Source: an uncultured Gemmatimonadota bacterium
GTDB taxonomy: Bacteria; GCA-2686955
Reading direction: 5' to 3'
Assembly (NCBI GenBank): GCA_964490075.1
Contig: CAZBBK010000057.1
Location: forward strand, 1 to 39,118
DNA length: 39,118 nt
Of this stretch, positions 1 to 8,476 are shown piece after piece. The first letter of the stretch is position 1; each line of letters opens with the position of its first letter. The translations under genes were made by a program, and so were the position numbers. The notes beneath the pieces are model-generated. The model saw nothing but the letters and a program-made list of their open reading frames with translations, did no database searches and had not been told where the DNA came from.

Positions 1-24
1 GCCAATTCGCGGCCCGTCGGCCGA

Positions 25-354
25 TTACGCACGGTTGCCGAAGGGACACGGCGCAGCGGTCTCCAGGCGGACCAAGTCCACTCCGGCCTGCGCGATGTCC
101 ATCACGTCGGCCAGCGCCTCGAAGTACGTCTCGGGCGTGACGCCTTCGACCGCGAGATCCAAGTCACTGTCTGGTCCTACGTCTCCGGAGACCAGCGAAC
201 CAAAAACCGCGACACGCGTTGCACCATAGCGCCCTCGGAGCAGCTCGGCCGCGGCCGCCACTGTCGCCCAGATCCGCTCGGCTCGCTCCACACCCGCACG
301 CCGCCGCGCTTCCTCACGGCAGCGTAGGTGATCGAGCGTGTCTGTGAGCTGCAC
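25..354 (-). CDS. MNT-type (pol-beta superfamily) minimal nucleotidyltransferase, probable HEPN/MNT antitoxin; 3' end appears corrupted by indels
   Basis: Motifs VAVFGSLVSG...DSDLDLAVEG and VDLVRLE. GTG start at 354 is inferred (ORF is open to 420). Confidence 0.8.
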   Translation of the reverse strand: MQLTDTLDHLRCREEARRRAGVERAERIWATVAAAAELLRGRYGATRVAVFGSLVSGDVGPDSDLDLAVEGVTPETYFEALADVMDIAQAGVDLVRLETAAPCPFGNRA

Positions 355-453
355 TCCCGTATATCGAGGGTACCCCTCATCCGCGGCCAGGGCTCGAAAA
401 AGCGGTTCCGATGCCGCCACACCCGAACCGCGACGCTGGGTCCGCGCTGGAGG

Positions 454-1566
454 TCATTCTCGAAGGGCTCCTCGCACCACCTCGATCACCCGCTCCCCTT
501 GCGCGTCGGTCATCTCCGCGTAGAGGGGCAGCGCCAGCGAGGCCGCCCACAGCCCTTCGCTGATCGGACACTGGCCCGCGCGCCAGCCGAGCGCGGCGAA
601 GGCCGACTGGCGGTGGGCCAGCACCGGGTAGGGATTCATGGCGTGCACGCCGCGCTCGCGGAGAGCGGCGAGCAGCTCGTCGCGGCGCGCGGCTTCGACG
701 CCGATCACGTAGCGGCACCAGGCGTGGCAGCGTGTTTCTGTATCGACCGGGCGCTGGATCGGCAGATCGGCGAAGGCCTCCTGGTAGCGCTCCGCGTGCC
801 GGCGGCGCCTGAAGATCGACTCGTCGGCACGGGCCAGCTTGACGCGCAGGAACGCCGCCTGCAGTGTGTCGAGTCGGGTGTTCCAGGCCCGTTCCTCCCA
901 TTCCCCTGATGCGCCGCGACCGAAATCGCGCAGGGCGCGGAGGCGGTCGGCGAGATCTCCCGATGCGGTCGCCACCGCGCCGGCGTCGCCGATGGCGCCC
1001 AGGATCTTGCGCGGGTGGAAGGAGAAGCAGCCCAGGTCGCCCAGCGTGCCCGCCTTGCGGCCTCCCAGCTCAGCACCATGGGCCTCGGCAGCGTCCTCGA
1101 TGACGCGCAGATCGGCGTCCGCGGCCAGGGCGGCGATCGCCTCCATGTCGGCCGGCAGGCCGAAGCTGTGCACCGCGACGATCGCTCGGCTGCGGGTGGA
1201 GAGCGCCTCGGCCGCGGCCCGCGGATCGATGCAATGGTCGTCGAGATTGGGCTCGACCAGCACCGGTCGCCCACCGGCCTGCAGCACCGCCAGCACCGCC
1301 GCCGGATAGGCGTTGGCGGGGACCAGCACCTCGTCGCCCGCGCCGATGTCGAGGGCCCGGAGCGCCAGCAGCAGCGCGTCGGTGCCGTTGCCGACTCCGA
1401 CCGCATGGTTGGTACCCAGCCAGCGCGCGAAGGCGCGCTCGAAGTCGCCCACGGCCGATCCCAGGATCGGCTCGTCCTCGAGCAGTACGCGTTCGAAAGC
1501 GGCGCGCAGCTCGCGCATCAGGGTGCGGTTCTGCAGGCGGATGTCGGTGGCCGAAATCTGGTCCAT
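454..1566 (-). CDS. DegT/DnrJ/EryC1/StrS PLP-dependent sugar aminotransferase
   Basis: GNGTDAL, IEDAAEAHG, SFHPRKILGAIGDAG (PLP lysine), NTRLDTLQAA, LALPLY. ATG at 1566 follows AGGAG. It is the 3' part of ORF 454..2955. Confidence 0.93.
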   Translation of the reverse strand: MDQISATDIRLQNRTLMRELRAAFERVLLEDEPILGSAVGDFERAFARWLGTNHAVGVGNGTDALLLALRALDIGAGDEVLVPANAYPAAVLAVLQAGGRPVLVEPNLDDHCIDPRAAAEALSTRSRAIVAVHSFGLPADMEAIAALAADADLRVIEDAAEAHGAELGGRKAGTLGDLGCFSFHPRKILGAIGDAGAVATASGDLADRLRALRDFGRGASGEWEERAWNTRLDTLQAAFLRVKLARADESIFRRRRHAERYQEAFADLPIQRPVDTETRCHAWCRYVIGVEAARRDELLAALRERGVHAMNPYPVLAHRQSAFAALGWRAGQCPISEGLWAASLALPLYAEMTDAQGERVIEVVRGALRE

Positions 1567-1601
1567 GATCCTCGCTCCTGGGGCTGTTCGGAGGTCGGGG
1601 G

Positions 1602-4088
1602 TCAAGGAATGGTAGCGGGACGGGCGCGGATTGGGCGCGAGTCGTCGACGATCGCCAGCGCGCGAGCGGAGACCGGTCCGACCGCGATCCGGGCCGCGCC
1701 TTTGCCCAGGGGGAGGACGGCCCCCGAGAGCAGATCGAGGGCGCTCCGGGGATCCGGCCGGCGCGCCAGCAGGGCGGAATCGAAGGCGCGTGCTTCCCGG
1801 GAACGATTGAGCAGCACGACCACCCGCTGCAGCGGGTGGGTGCGGTCGAAGGCCAGCAGATCTCGGTCGCCGAAGAGCAGCTCGAAGTCGCCGCGGCGCA
1901 GCGCGACGTGGTCGCGACGCAGTGCCGTCCAGCGGCGGGTCGCGCGCAGATGGGCCCGCTCGCGGTCGTCGAGCTGGGCGCCGAAGCGCATCGGTCGCCG
2001 GTTGTCGGGATCGCCGGCGCCAGCCATGGCGATCTCGTCTCCGTAGTAGAGCACCGGCAGCCCGGGCGCGGTCAGCATCCAGGCCAGGAAGAGCTCGACC
2101 CGCCGGTGGGTGAGCGGGTGGTCGTTGCGCGGCGGATCGGTCCAGCCCAGCTCCTTGTCGTCGGCGCCCGCCGGAATGTCGGCGTCGGCCAGCGACGCGA
2201 AGCGGACCTGGTCGTGGGTGTCGATCACGTTGCCCATCAGGTGGCCGGCTCCGAAGCGGCGCCAGGCGGTCTCCATGCGCCTCCCCACCTCGCTCATCGA
2301 GCGCGTGTGGTCGAGCAGAGCCGCGCGCACGATGTAGTAGGTGGCGAAGTCGAACTGGGCATCCTGCTGTCCCGGCGTCACGTAGGACCCGACCAGGGCG
2401 TCGGAGCCGAAGGTCTCGCCGATCTGGAACACCCGCCGGCCGCGCTCGCGCTCCAGGCCGCGCCCGAGCGCCCCGGTCAGTGCCCGCCAGAAGCGGTGCG
2501 GCACGTGCTTGGTGGCGTCGTGGCGAAAGCCGTCGGCGCCGCTCTCCCGCAGCCACCAGAGCGCGTCCTCGACCGCCGCCGAGAGTGCCGCGCCCGAGCC
2601 GAGGTAGTCGAAGGAGGGCAGGTAGGGCTCGAACCAGGTGGTGAGCCGGTGCTCGTCGAAACGCCGCAGATTGGGCGTGCCGTCGGGCAGCGCGGGATCG
2701 CCGAACCAGTCGGGGTGGTCGCGGTAGTAGGGATGCTCCTGGTGCACGTGGTTGGTGACCTGGTCGAGCAGCACCGCCATGCCGCGGCGGTGGGCCGTGT
2801 CGACCAGCGCGCGCAGGGCGGCCATGCCACCGAAGCGGGGCTCGGCGGCGCGCGGAGCGATCGGCCAGTAGCCGTGGTAGCCGCTGTAGTAACGATGCGG
2901 CTCGGGATGCTCGCGATAGGCCCCGGTCGCGGCGCGCTGCAGGGGCGAGATCCACAGCGCGTCGACCGACAGCGAGTCGAAGTAGCCCGAGTCGACCGCC
3001 CAGCGCACGCCGGCCAGATCGCCGCCCTGCCAGTTGGCGCGGAGAGCCAGCTCGGGATGCGTCAGGGGTGCGTCATTGGCGGCGTCGCCGTTGCGGAAGC
3101 GGTCGGTCACCAGGGAGTAGAGGATGGCGTCCCGCCAGCGGAACTGCCCGGGCGAACGGGGACGGGGGCGCGCCGCGCCGGCCGGCATCCCCGCGTCGAG
3201 GTCGAGGCGCAGCAGGTTGGAAGGTCCGGTCGTGCCGTCGAAGATCAGCCGCAGCGCGTGGCGACCGCGGCGCCAGCCGGGAATCCGTGCGTCATCGAGC
3301 TCGACGACGAAGCCATCGGCGGTGGAGCGCAGCGCCGCCGCGGGCAGCAGGCCGGAGTCCCACAGGGCGACCAGGCGAGCGCCCCTGGAAGGCGGATCGC
3401 TGCCGCGATCGAGCGTGATCCGCAGCCGCGCGACGCCCGGCTCGGAGACGGACCAGGAGCCGAAGCGGATGCGCGGCGGCCGTTCGAGCCCGACCGGCGC
3501 CACCACGCACACGCTGTTGAAGCCGCCGAAGCCGTTCGGCACCCGCTCGGGCGCCGCCGGGTCGAGGCGCTCGTCGCCGTCGACCCAGAGCTTGTACTCG
3601 TAGCGCCCCCCCTCGAGCGCCACGACCCGCTCCCAGACGCCGTCGCCCTCGGCGTCGGCCAGCGGCAGGGACTCGCGATTCCAGCTGTTCATGGTGCCGA
3701 AGAGCCGCACCGATTCGACCGGCTCATCGCCGGCGTGGTAGCGGAAGCGCACCGGGCGCTTGGGCGCGGCGACCAACGGCAGCACCAGCTCGCGGCCGGC
3801 GAGACGCAAACGCGGCAGATATACCCCACGCGCGCCCTCGGGCAGTCCGACCGCGATCACACCGGCGCCGAGCGCCTCGACCACGATCCCATCGCGATCG
3901 ACGATCTCGACCCTCGCCGCACCTCCCGGCAGCAGGTCGGCCGCGTCGAGGGTCTCGCGCAGCCCGGGCGCCACCCAGACCAGCGGCGGCGGCTCGGGAG
4001 CAACCGATGCGGGGAAATCGGCGAGGACCGGGGTGGAGGGAGCGAGTGCGACCAGCGCGGCGGGGGCGAGGGGGTAGTATCGGCGCAT
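1602..4088 (-). CDS. Secreted GH13 alpha-amylase/neopullulanase-like enzyme with CBM48/AMPK-beta-like glycogen-binding domain
   Basis: Signal-like N-terminus MRRYYPLAPAALVAL. CBM motifs FGTMNSWN and GRYEYKLWVDG. GH13 regions DRFRNGD, YHGYW, DQVTNH, DGFRHDATKH, GET, THDQVR, YYGDEI. Confidence 0.92.
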   Translation of the reverse strand: MRRYYPLAPAALVALAPSTPVLADFPASVAPEPPPLVWVAPGLRETLDAADLLPGGAARVEIVDRDGIVVEALGAGVIAVGLPEGARGVYLPRLRLAGRELVLPLVAAPKRPVRFRYHAGDEPVESVRLFGTMNSWNRESLPLADAEGDGVWERVVALEGGRYEYKLWVDGDERLDPAAPERVPNGFGGFNSVCVVAPVGLERPPRIRFGSWSVSEPGVARLRITLDRGSDPPSRGARLVALWDSGLLPAAALRSTADGFVVELDDARIPGWRRGRHALRLIFDGTTGPSNLLRLDLDAGMPAGAARPRPRSPGQFRWRDAILYSLVTDRFRNGDAANDAPLTHPELALRANWQGGDLAGVRWAVDSGYFDSLSVDALWISPLQRAATGAYREHPEPHRYYSGYHGYWPIAPRAAEPRFGGMAALRALVDTAHRRGMAVLLDQVTNHVHQEHPYYRDHPDWFGDPALPDGTPNLRRFDEHRLTTWFEPYLPSFDYLGSGAALSAAVEDALWWLRESGADGFRHDATKHVPHRFWRALTGALGRGLERERGRRVFQIGETFGSDALVGSYVTPGQQDAQFDFATYYIVRAALLDHTRSMSEVGRRMETAWRRFGAGHLMGNVIDTHDQVRFASLADADIPAGADDKELGWTDPPRNDHPLTHRRVELFLAWMLTAPGLPVLYYGDEIAMAGAGDPDNRRPMRFGAQLDDRERAHLRATRRWTALRRDHVALRRGDFELLFGDRDLLAFDRTHPLQRVVVLLNRSREARAFDSALLARRPDPRSALDLLSGAVLPLGKGAARIAVGPVSARALAIVDDSRPIRARPATIP

Positions 4089-4136
4089 GACCGATGCAGA
4101 GTACTCCAGCCGCTCGCGGCGCGGGTCGGGTCGCCG

Positions 4137-5309
4137 ATGAGCGCCACGACCGAACGCGTGCTGGCCGCCGCCAGAAAGCACATCGAGGAAGCCCCGGCAT
4201 TGCTCCGGCGCTGGATCGCGATCAACTCGTACTCGCGCAACGTGGCCGGCGCCAACGCCATGGCCGACGCCCTGGAACGTGCGCTGGCGCTGCCGGAGCT
4301 GCGGATCCGACGCCGGCCGGGGCGCGAAGTCGGCGATCATCTGCTGGCCCACACCGACGCCTGGTCCCGGCCCGATGCCGCCGGCGTGCTCCTGGTCGGC
4401 CACCACGACACGGTCTTCCCGCCCGGCGCCTTCGAGGACTGCGAGCTGCGCGGGAGTCGCCTGCACGGTCCGGGAGCGGTCGACATGAAGGGCGGATTGG
4501 TGGTGATGCGCACGGCGCTGGCCGCCCTTTCCGACGCCGGAATGCTCGACGCGCTGCCGCTGGCCCTGATCTCGGTGGCCGACGAGGAGATCGGCTCGGG
4601 CGACTCGCGCCCCTTCCTCGAAGAATGCGCGCGTCGCGCGAGCGCGGCGTGCGTGCTCGAGCTCGGCAGGCCGGGCGACGCCATCGTGACGCGCCGCAAG
4701 GGAGCCGGCGCGGCGACCGTCCAGGCCCGCGGGCGCTCCGCCCACGCCGGCAACGACCACGCCTCGGGGATCAGCGCGATCCGCGCCCTGGCGCGCTTCA
4801 TCGACGCCGCGGAGTCGTTGACCGATCCGGCCGCCGGCCGCACCGTCAACGTCGGCGTCGTGGCGGGCGGCGAGACCCGCAACAGCGTGCCGGAGCAGGC
4901 CCGCTGCGAGGTCGATTTTCGCTTCGAGCGAGCCGGCGAAGGCGAAGGAATGATCGCGGAGCTCGATCGCCTGTGCCGCGAGTCCGGCGCGGCGAGCGGC
5001 GCCGAGCTGGCGCTCGAGGCGGCAATCCATCATCCGGCGTGGGAGCGCAGCGCGGACTCCGATCGCTTGCGGCGGCAGTACGGCCGCTGCGCCGAGCGGG
5101 CCGGGTTGAGCAGCGCCGAGGCACCGCTGGTGGGCGGCGGATCGGACGCCAACCTGATCGGGGCGCTCGGCGTGCCGACCATCGACGGCCTGGGGCCGCG
5201 CGGCGGCGGGCTGCACACCAAGGGCGAGTGGGTCGATCTCGACTCGCTGGCCCCCAAGACCGAGGCGCTGCTGCGCTTTCTGGTGGAGCTCGGGACGCAG
5301 GCTTCCTGA
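4137..5309 (+). CDS. M20/M25/M40 metallopeptidase (glutamate carboxypeptidase G2-like)
   Basis: GHHDTVF, GPGAVDMKGG, DEEIGS, GRSAHAG, GGSDAN, DGLGPRGGGLH. Confidence 0.92.
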   Translation: MSATTERVLAAARKHIEEAPALLRRWIAINSYSRNVAGANAMADALERALALPELRIRRRPGREVGDHLLAHTDAWSRPDAAGVLLVGHHDTVFPPGAFEDCELRGSRLHGPGAVDMKGGLVVMRTALAALSDAGMLDALPLALISVADEEIGSGDSRPFLEECARRASAACVLELGRPGDAIVTRRKGAGAATVQARGRSAHAGNDHASGISAIRALARFIDAAESLTDPAAGRTVNVGVVAGGETRNSVPEQARCEVDFRFERAGEGEGMIAELDRLCRESGAASGAELALEAAIHHPAWERSADSDRLRRQYGRCAERAGLSSAEAPLVGGGSDANLIGALGVPTIDGLGPRGGGLHTKGEWVDLDSLAPKTEALLRFLVELGTQAS

Positions 5310-5327
5310 CGCGCCAGGGGCGCGTCA
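5307..5327. terminator. Perfect 9-bp hairpin between convergent stop codons, candidate bidirectional terminator
   Basis: TGACGCGCC-AGG-GGCGCGTCA. No U-tract on either side. Confidence 0.5.
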
Positions 5328-6176
5328 TCAACCGCCCAGATCCTCGATCCCGAGGAGCTCCTCGCGATAGATCGTCTTGGGCGCGTCCCACCACGCCGGC
5401 CGCCCGGCGCTTCCAGCCTGCCAGCTCAGGAAATCGAGCGCCCGCACGAAGGTGTCGATCGCCGGTTCGCTGAAGCGCCCCGGCGACGGGGCGAAGAAGT
5501 AGCCGTGCCGGGCCTCGGGGATCTCGGCGGCGTCGTAGACCTGGAGCTTGTAGTCGATGGTCGGGTTGTGCTGCCCGATCAGCTCCTCGATGCGCTCCGA
5601 CGCATCGCTCATGAAGTCGATCTCGCCGACCAGGTCGAGCATGTCGACCCGAATCGCCGCGACCTGGTCCGGATTGGCGGTCGGTTCGGCGGGGTAGATG
5701 AGGACCGTGGCCGATACGTCGAGCTCGGGCCGCCTGGCGTTGGTCTCGAAGGCGACCTTGCCGCCCCAGCTGGTGCCGAGCAGGGAGACCGACGCGACCT
5801 CCTCCCAGCCGTGCAGCAGCTCGACCGCCGCCGCGACCTGGTTGATGCGGTGCTCGGTCGAGCCGACCATGTCGTAGTCGATCGCCACGCCGATCCAGCC
5901 CATCTCCGCCAGGCCAGCCTGGTGCAGGGCAAAGCTGTAGTCGTCCTTGCCCATGCCGTGCAAGAAGATCACGCACTCGTAGAGGCCCGGATCGGCCGGC
6001 GCGTAGAGGGTGAAATGGGTGTCGTTCTGGCCGGGGACCTCGTACCAGCCCTGGTAGTAGCGGTGCGGGGGCGGTTCCAGTCCGGTGGCGTGCGGCGGCG
6101 ACCAGGCGGCGACGACGAGCGCGAGAGCGCAGAGGGCCGCGGGCCGCTGGAGGAGGCATCGGAGGGGGGAGGGCAT
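5328..6176 (-). CDS. Secreted alpha/beta hydrolase (dienelactone-hydrolase/esterase-like)
   Basis: Signal-like N-terminus, IFLHG, nucleophile elbow GTSWGG, GEID, ARHGYF. AGGAG precedes ATG 6176. Confidence 0.8.
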   Translation of the reverse strand: MPSPLRCLLQRPAALCALALVVAAWSPPHATGLEPPPHRYYQGWYEVPGQNDTHFTLYAPADPGLYECVIFLHGMGKDDYSFALHQAGLAEMGWIGVAIDYDMVGSTEHRINQVAAAVELLHGWEEVASVSLLGTSWGGKVAFETNARRPELDVSATVLIYPAEPTANPDQVAAIRVDMLDLVGEIDFMSDASERIEELIGQHNPTIDYKLQVYDAAEIPEARHGYFFAPSPGRFSEPAIDTFVRALDFLSWQAGSAGRPAWWDAPKTIYREELLGIEDLGG

Positions 6177-6202
6177 GGGGGCTCCTGGGGCGGGTATTGG
6201 GT

Positions 6203-6230
6203 ATTGTAATATCGATGCCGGCATCGAGAT
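6203..6230 (-). promoter_or_regulatory. -10-like TACAAT with an adjacent 16-bp perfect palindrome (candidate operator)
   Basis: TCGATGCCGGCATCGA at 6212-6227. Minus-strand TACAAT at 6208-6203, upstream of the hydrolase RBS. Confidence 0.4.
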
Positions 6231-6585
6231 CGATGGCGTGCACGAGGACTACTGCGGCGAAGTTCCCGATATCGGGGTGCGCGAGGTCTGTCGTTTTCCG
6301 CCGCCTTGCGCGATCGCCGAAGCGAAAGGGTGCGGGCGACGGAGGGCACGGCGCACCCGGACTGAGCGGATGGTCCGGAATGACGGAGAAGAGGGGGCCG
6401 GAAACCAGTTCGGTCGAACACCACCCTGCAGCTCGGCAACAACTGGTCTCTCGAGCGTTGCCAGTCGGAATCGGGCGCGGGCGCGATCTCCAAACATCAG
6501 CCTCGATGCGCATCATTGTGCCAACCCGCGACGCCCGCTATCTTGCCCGGGTCCCTCCCACCTAGCGCGCAGGAGACCTACGCCC

Positions 6586-7995
6586 TTGACCCCCGAACGC
6601 AAACGAATCCTCTGGATCGTGTTGGGGCTGGGGATCTTCGCCGGGCTCCTGGCGCTGCCCACGCCGCTCGGCCTGGAGCCGCGGGCGCAGCGCTCGATCG
6701 CCGTCTTCAGCCTGTGCATCTTCTGGTGGTTCACGACGCCAGTCGATCTGCCGGTCACCGCGCTGGTCGGCCTGGCGCTGGTGCCGATCCTCGGCATTCT
6801 GCCGGCCGGCACGGTCTTCAGCTTCTTCGGCAATCAGGCGATCTTCTTCGTCATCGGAGTGTTCCTGGTCGCCGCGGTGATGATGAAGACCGGGCTCTCG
6901 ACGCGGCTGGCGCTGCTGCTGCTCTCGCGCCTGGCCGGCAGCGAGAACCGGCTGGCACTGGGCGTTCTGCTGCTTTCGATGGGGCTCTGCGCGGTGATCG
7001 TCAGCCACGCGGTGGCGGCGATCCTGCTACCGATCGTGCTGGAGATCGTGCACGCGCTCAAGCTGGATCACCGTTCGCGCTTCGCCAAGCGGGTGCTGCT
7101 CTCGATGGCCTGGGGAACGGTCCTGGGGTCGAACACCACCCTGCTCTCGTCGGCCCGCGCCAGCCTCGCGCTCTCATTGGCTTCGGCCACGCCGGCACCG
7201 GGATACGAGCCGATCGGCTTCGCCAGCTTCGTGCAGGCCTCGCTGCCCCTGGTCGCCCTCTCGGTGCTGCCGATCTACCTGGTGCTGCGGATCGGCTTCC
7301 CGCCTTCCGGCATCTCGATGGCGCCGGCGGTCGAGCTGCTGCGCGCCAAAGTGTCCGAGTCGGGGCGAGTGACGCGCGACGAGTGGATGACGGCCGCGGT
7401 GGTCGCGGCAATGGTCGCCAGCATGGTCGCCTTCGCCGACAGGGTCGGCCTGGGCAGCCTGGCACTGGCCTTCTCGGCGCTGCTCTTCTTCCTGCGCATC
7501 ATCCGCTGGGACGACGTCGAGGGCTACGTGGCCTGGGGGGTGATTCTGCTCTACGGCGGAGCGATCGCGCTCGGCCAGGTGCTGCAAGTGACCGGTGCGG
7601 CGCAGTGGATCGTCAGCGACGTGCTGCCGCTGGACGCGGTTCCGCCCTGGGTCTTCCTGCTGGTCTTCTCGTGGGCGGCGATGGTCCTCACCGAGCTGAT
7701 CTCCAACTCTGGGGTGGTGGTGCTCTTGATGCCGATCGGGCTGCAGGTGGCCGCGGCCTCGGGGATCAACCCGGCGGTCGTGGTCTTTTTGACGGTGCTG
7801 CCGTCGGGACTGGGCCTGACCATGCCGACCGGCACCCCGGCGATGGCGATGATCTTCGGCTCCGGGTTCATGCGGCTGCCGGACACCATGGCTCGCGGCC
7901 CCGTGCTCTCACACCTGCTGTGGCTGTTGCTCATGGGGATCGCGTTCTTCGTCTGGCCCCATCTCGGCATGCAGCTGCGTTCGGGAGCGGGGTGA
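6586..7995 (+). CDS. SLC13/DASS family sodium-coupled anion symporter
   Basis: Many TM segments; LPVTAL, ELISNSG, MPTGTPAMA. AGGAG at 6571 precedes TTG 6586. Confidence 0.88.
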   Translation: MTPERKRILWIVLGLGIFAGLLALPTPLGLEPRAQRSIAVFSLCIFWWFTTPVDLPVTALVGLALVPILGILPAGTVFSFFGNQAIFFVIGVFLVAAVMMKTGLSTRLALLLLSRLAGSENRLALGVLLLSMGLCAVIVSHAVAAILLPIVLEIVHALKLDHRSRFAKRVLLSMAWGTVLGSNTTLLSSARASLALSLASATPAPGYEPIGFASFVQASLPLVALSVLPIYLVLRIGFPPSGISMAPAVELLRAKVSESGRVTRDEWMTAAVVAAMVASMVAFADRVGLGSLALAFSALLFFLRIIRWDDVEGYVAWGVILLYGGAIALGQVLQVTGAAQWIVSDVLPLDAVPPWVFLLVFSWAAMVLTELISNSGVVVLLMPIGLQVAAASGINPAVVVFLTVLPSGLGLTMPTGTPAMAMIFGSGFMRLPDTMARGPVLSHLLWLLLMGIAFFVWPHLGMQLRSGAG

Positions 7996-7999
7996 GACG

Positions 8000-8467
8000 A
8001 TGCCCGAGCTGTTTCGCATCCTGCTGATGCTCTCCCAGAACCGCGACTCCGACCGCGTGATCGAGGCGGCGATCGCGGAGGCGGTCGAGGCGCGCGCGGC
8101 CGGCAAGGAGCCGGAGCTGACCTTTGCCTTCGTGCACGACGGCCGCAGCATCGATCGCACCCGCCACGCCATGCGCTCGCAGGGCTTCCTGGGGCAGCTG
8201 GCCACCCAGCGGGTGATGAGCGCCCTGGAGGACGAGCAGCAACGCCTGGCGATGGAGCGCTCGCTGGCCGTCCAGGAGGCGGCGCGCCGGGTCGACCTGG
8301 AGATCCAGGTGCTGTCACGCAGGGGCGCCTTCAAGGACGCGATCGTCGCCTACGCCGAGGAGCAGAAGTACGACGTCATCTACATGGCCCGCTCAACCAT
8401 GAGCGGGCTGCGCGAGATGTGGCAGGGCTGGGATCCGGTGGTGCGCTACGCCAGACAGCAAAAGTGA
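8000..8467 (+). CDS. Universal stress protein (USP)-like
   Basis: RILLMLS...LTFAFVHD...G..KDAIVAYAEEQKYDVIYMAR. Starts 4 bp after the permease stop. Confidence 0.7.
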   Translation: MPELFRILLMLSQNRDSDRVIEAAIAEAVEARAAGKEPELTFAFVHDGRSIDRTRHAMRSQGFLGQLATQRVMSALEDEQQRLAMERSLAVQEAARRVDLEIQVLSRRGAFKDAIVAYAEEQKYDVIYMARSTMSGLREMWQGWDPVVRYARQQK

Positions 8468-8476
8468 TGCTGGAGC

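Noticed and set aside
1836..4136. N-terminal extension of the 1157-aa ORF, and similar extensions of ORFs 454..2955, 1602..5216, 16490..19906 and 27675..29561
   Set aside because: Stop-poor shadow frames of real genes in high-GC DNA; family motifs begin only at the downstream starts used.
6507..6523. Minus-strand TTGGCACAATGATGC as a sigma54 promoter
   Set aside because: GG-to-GC spacing is 9 nt rather than the required 10.
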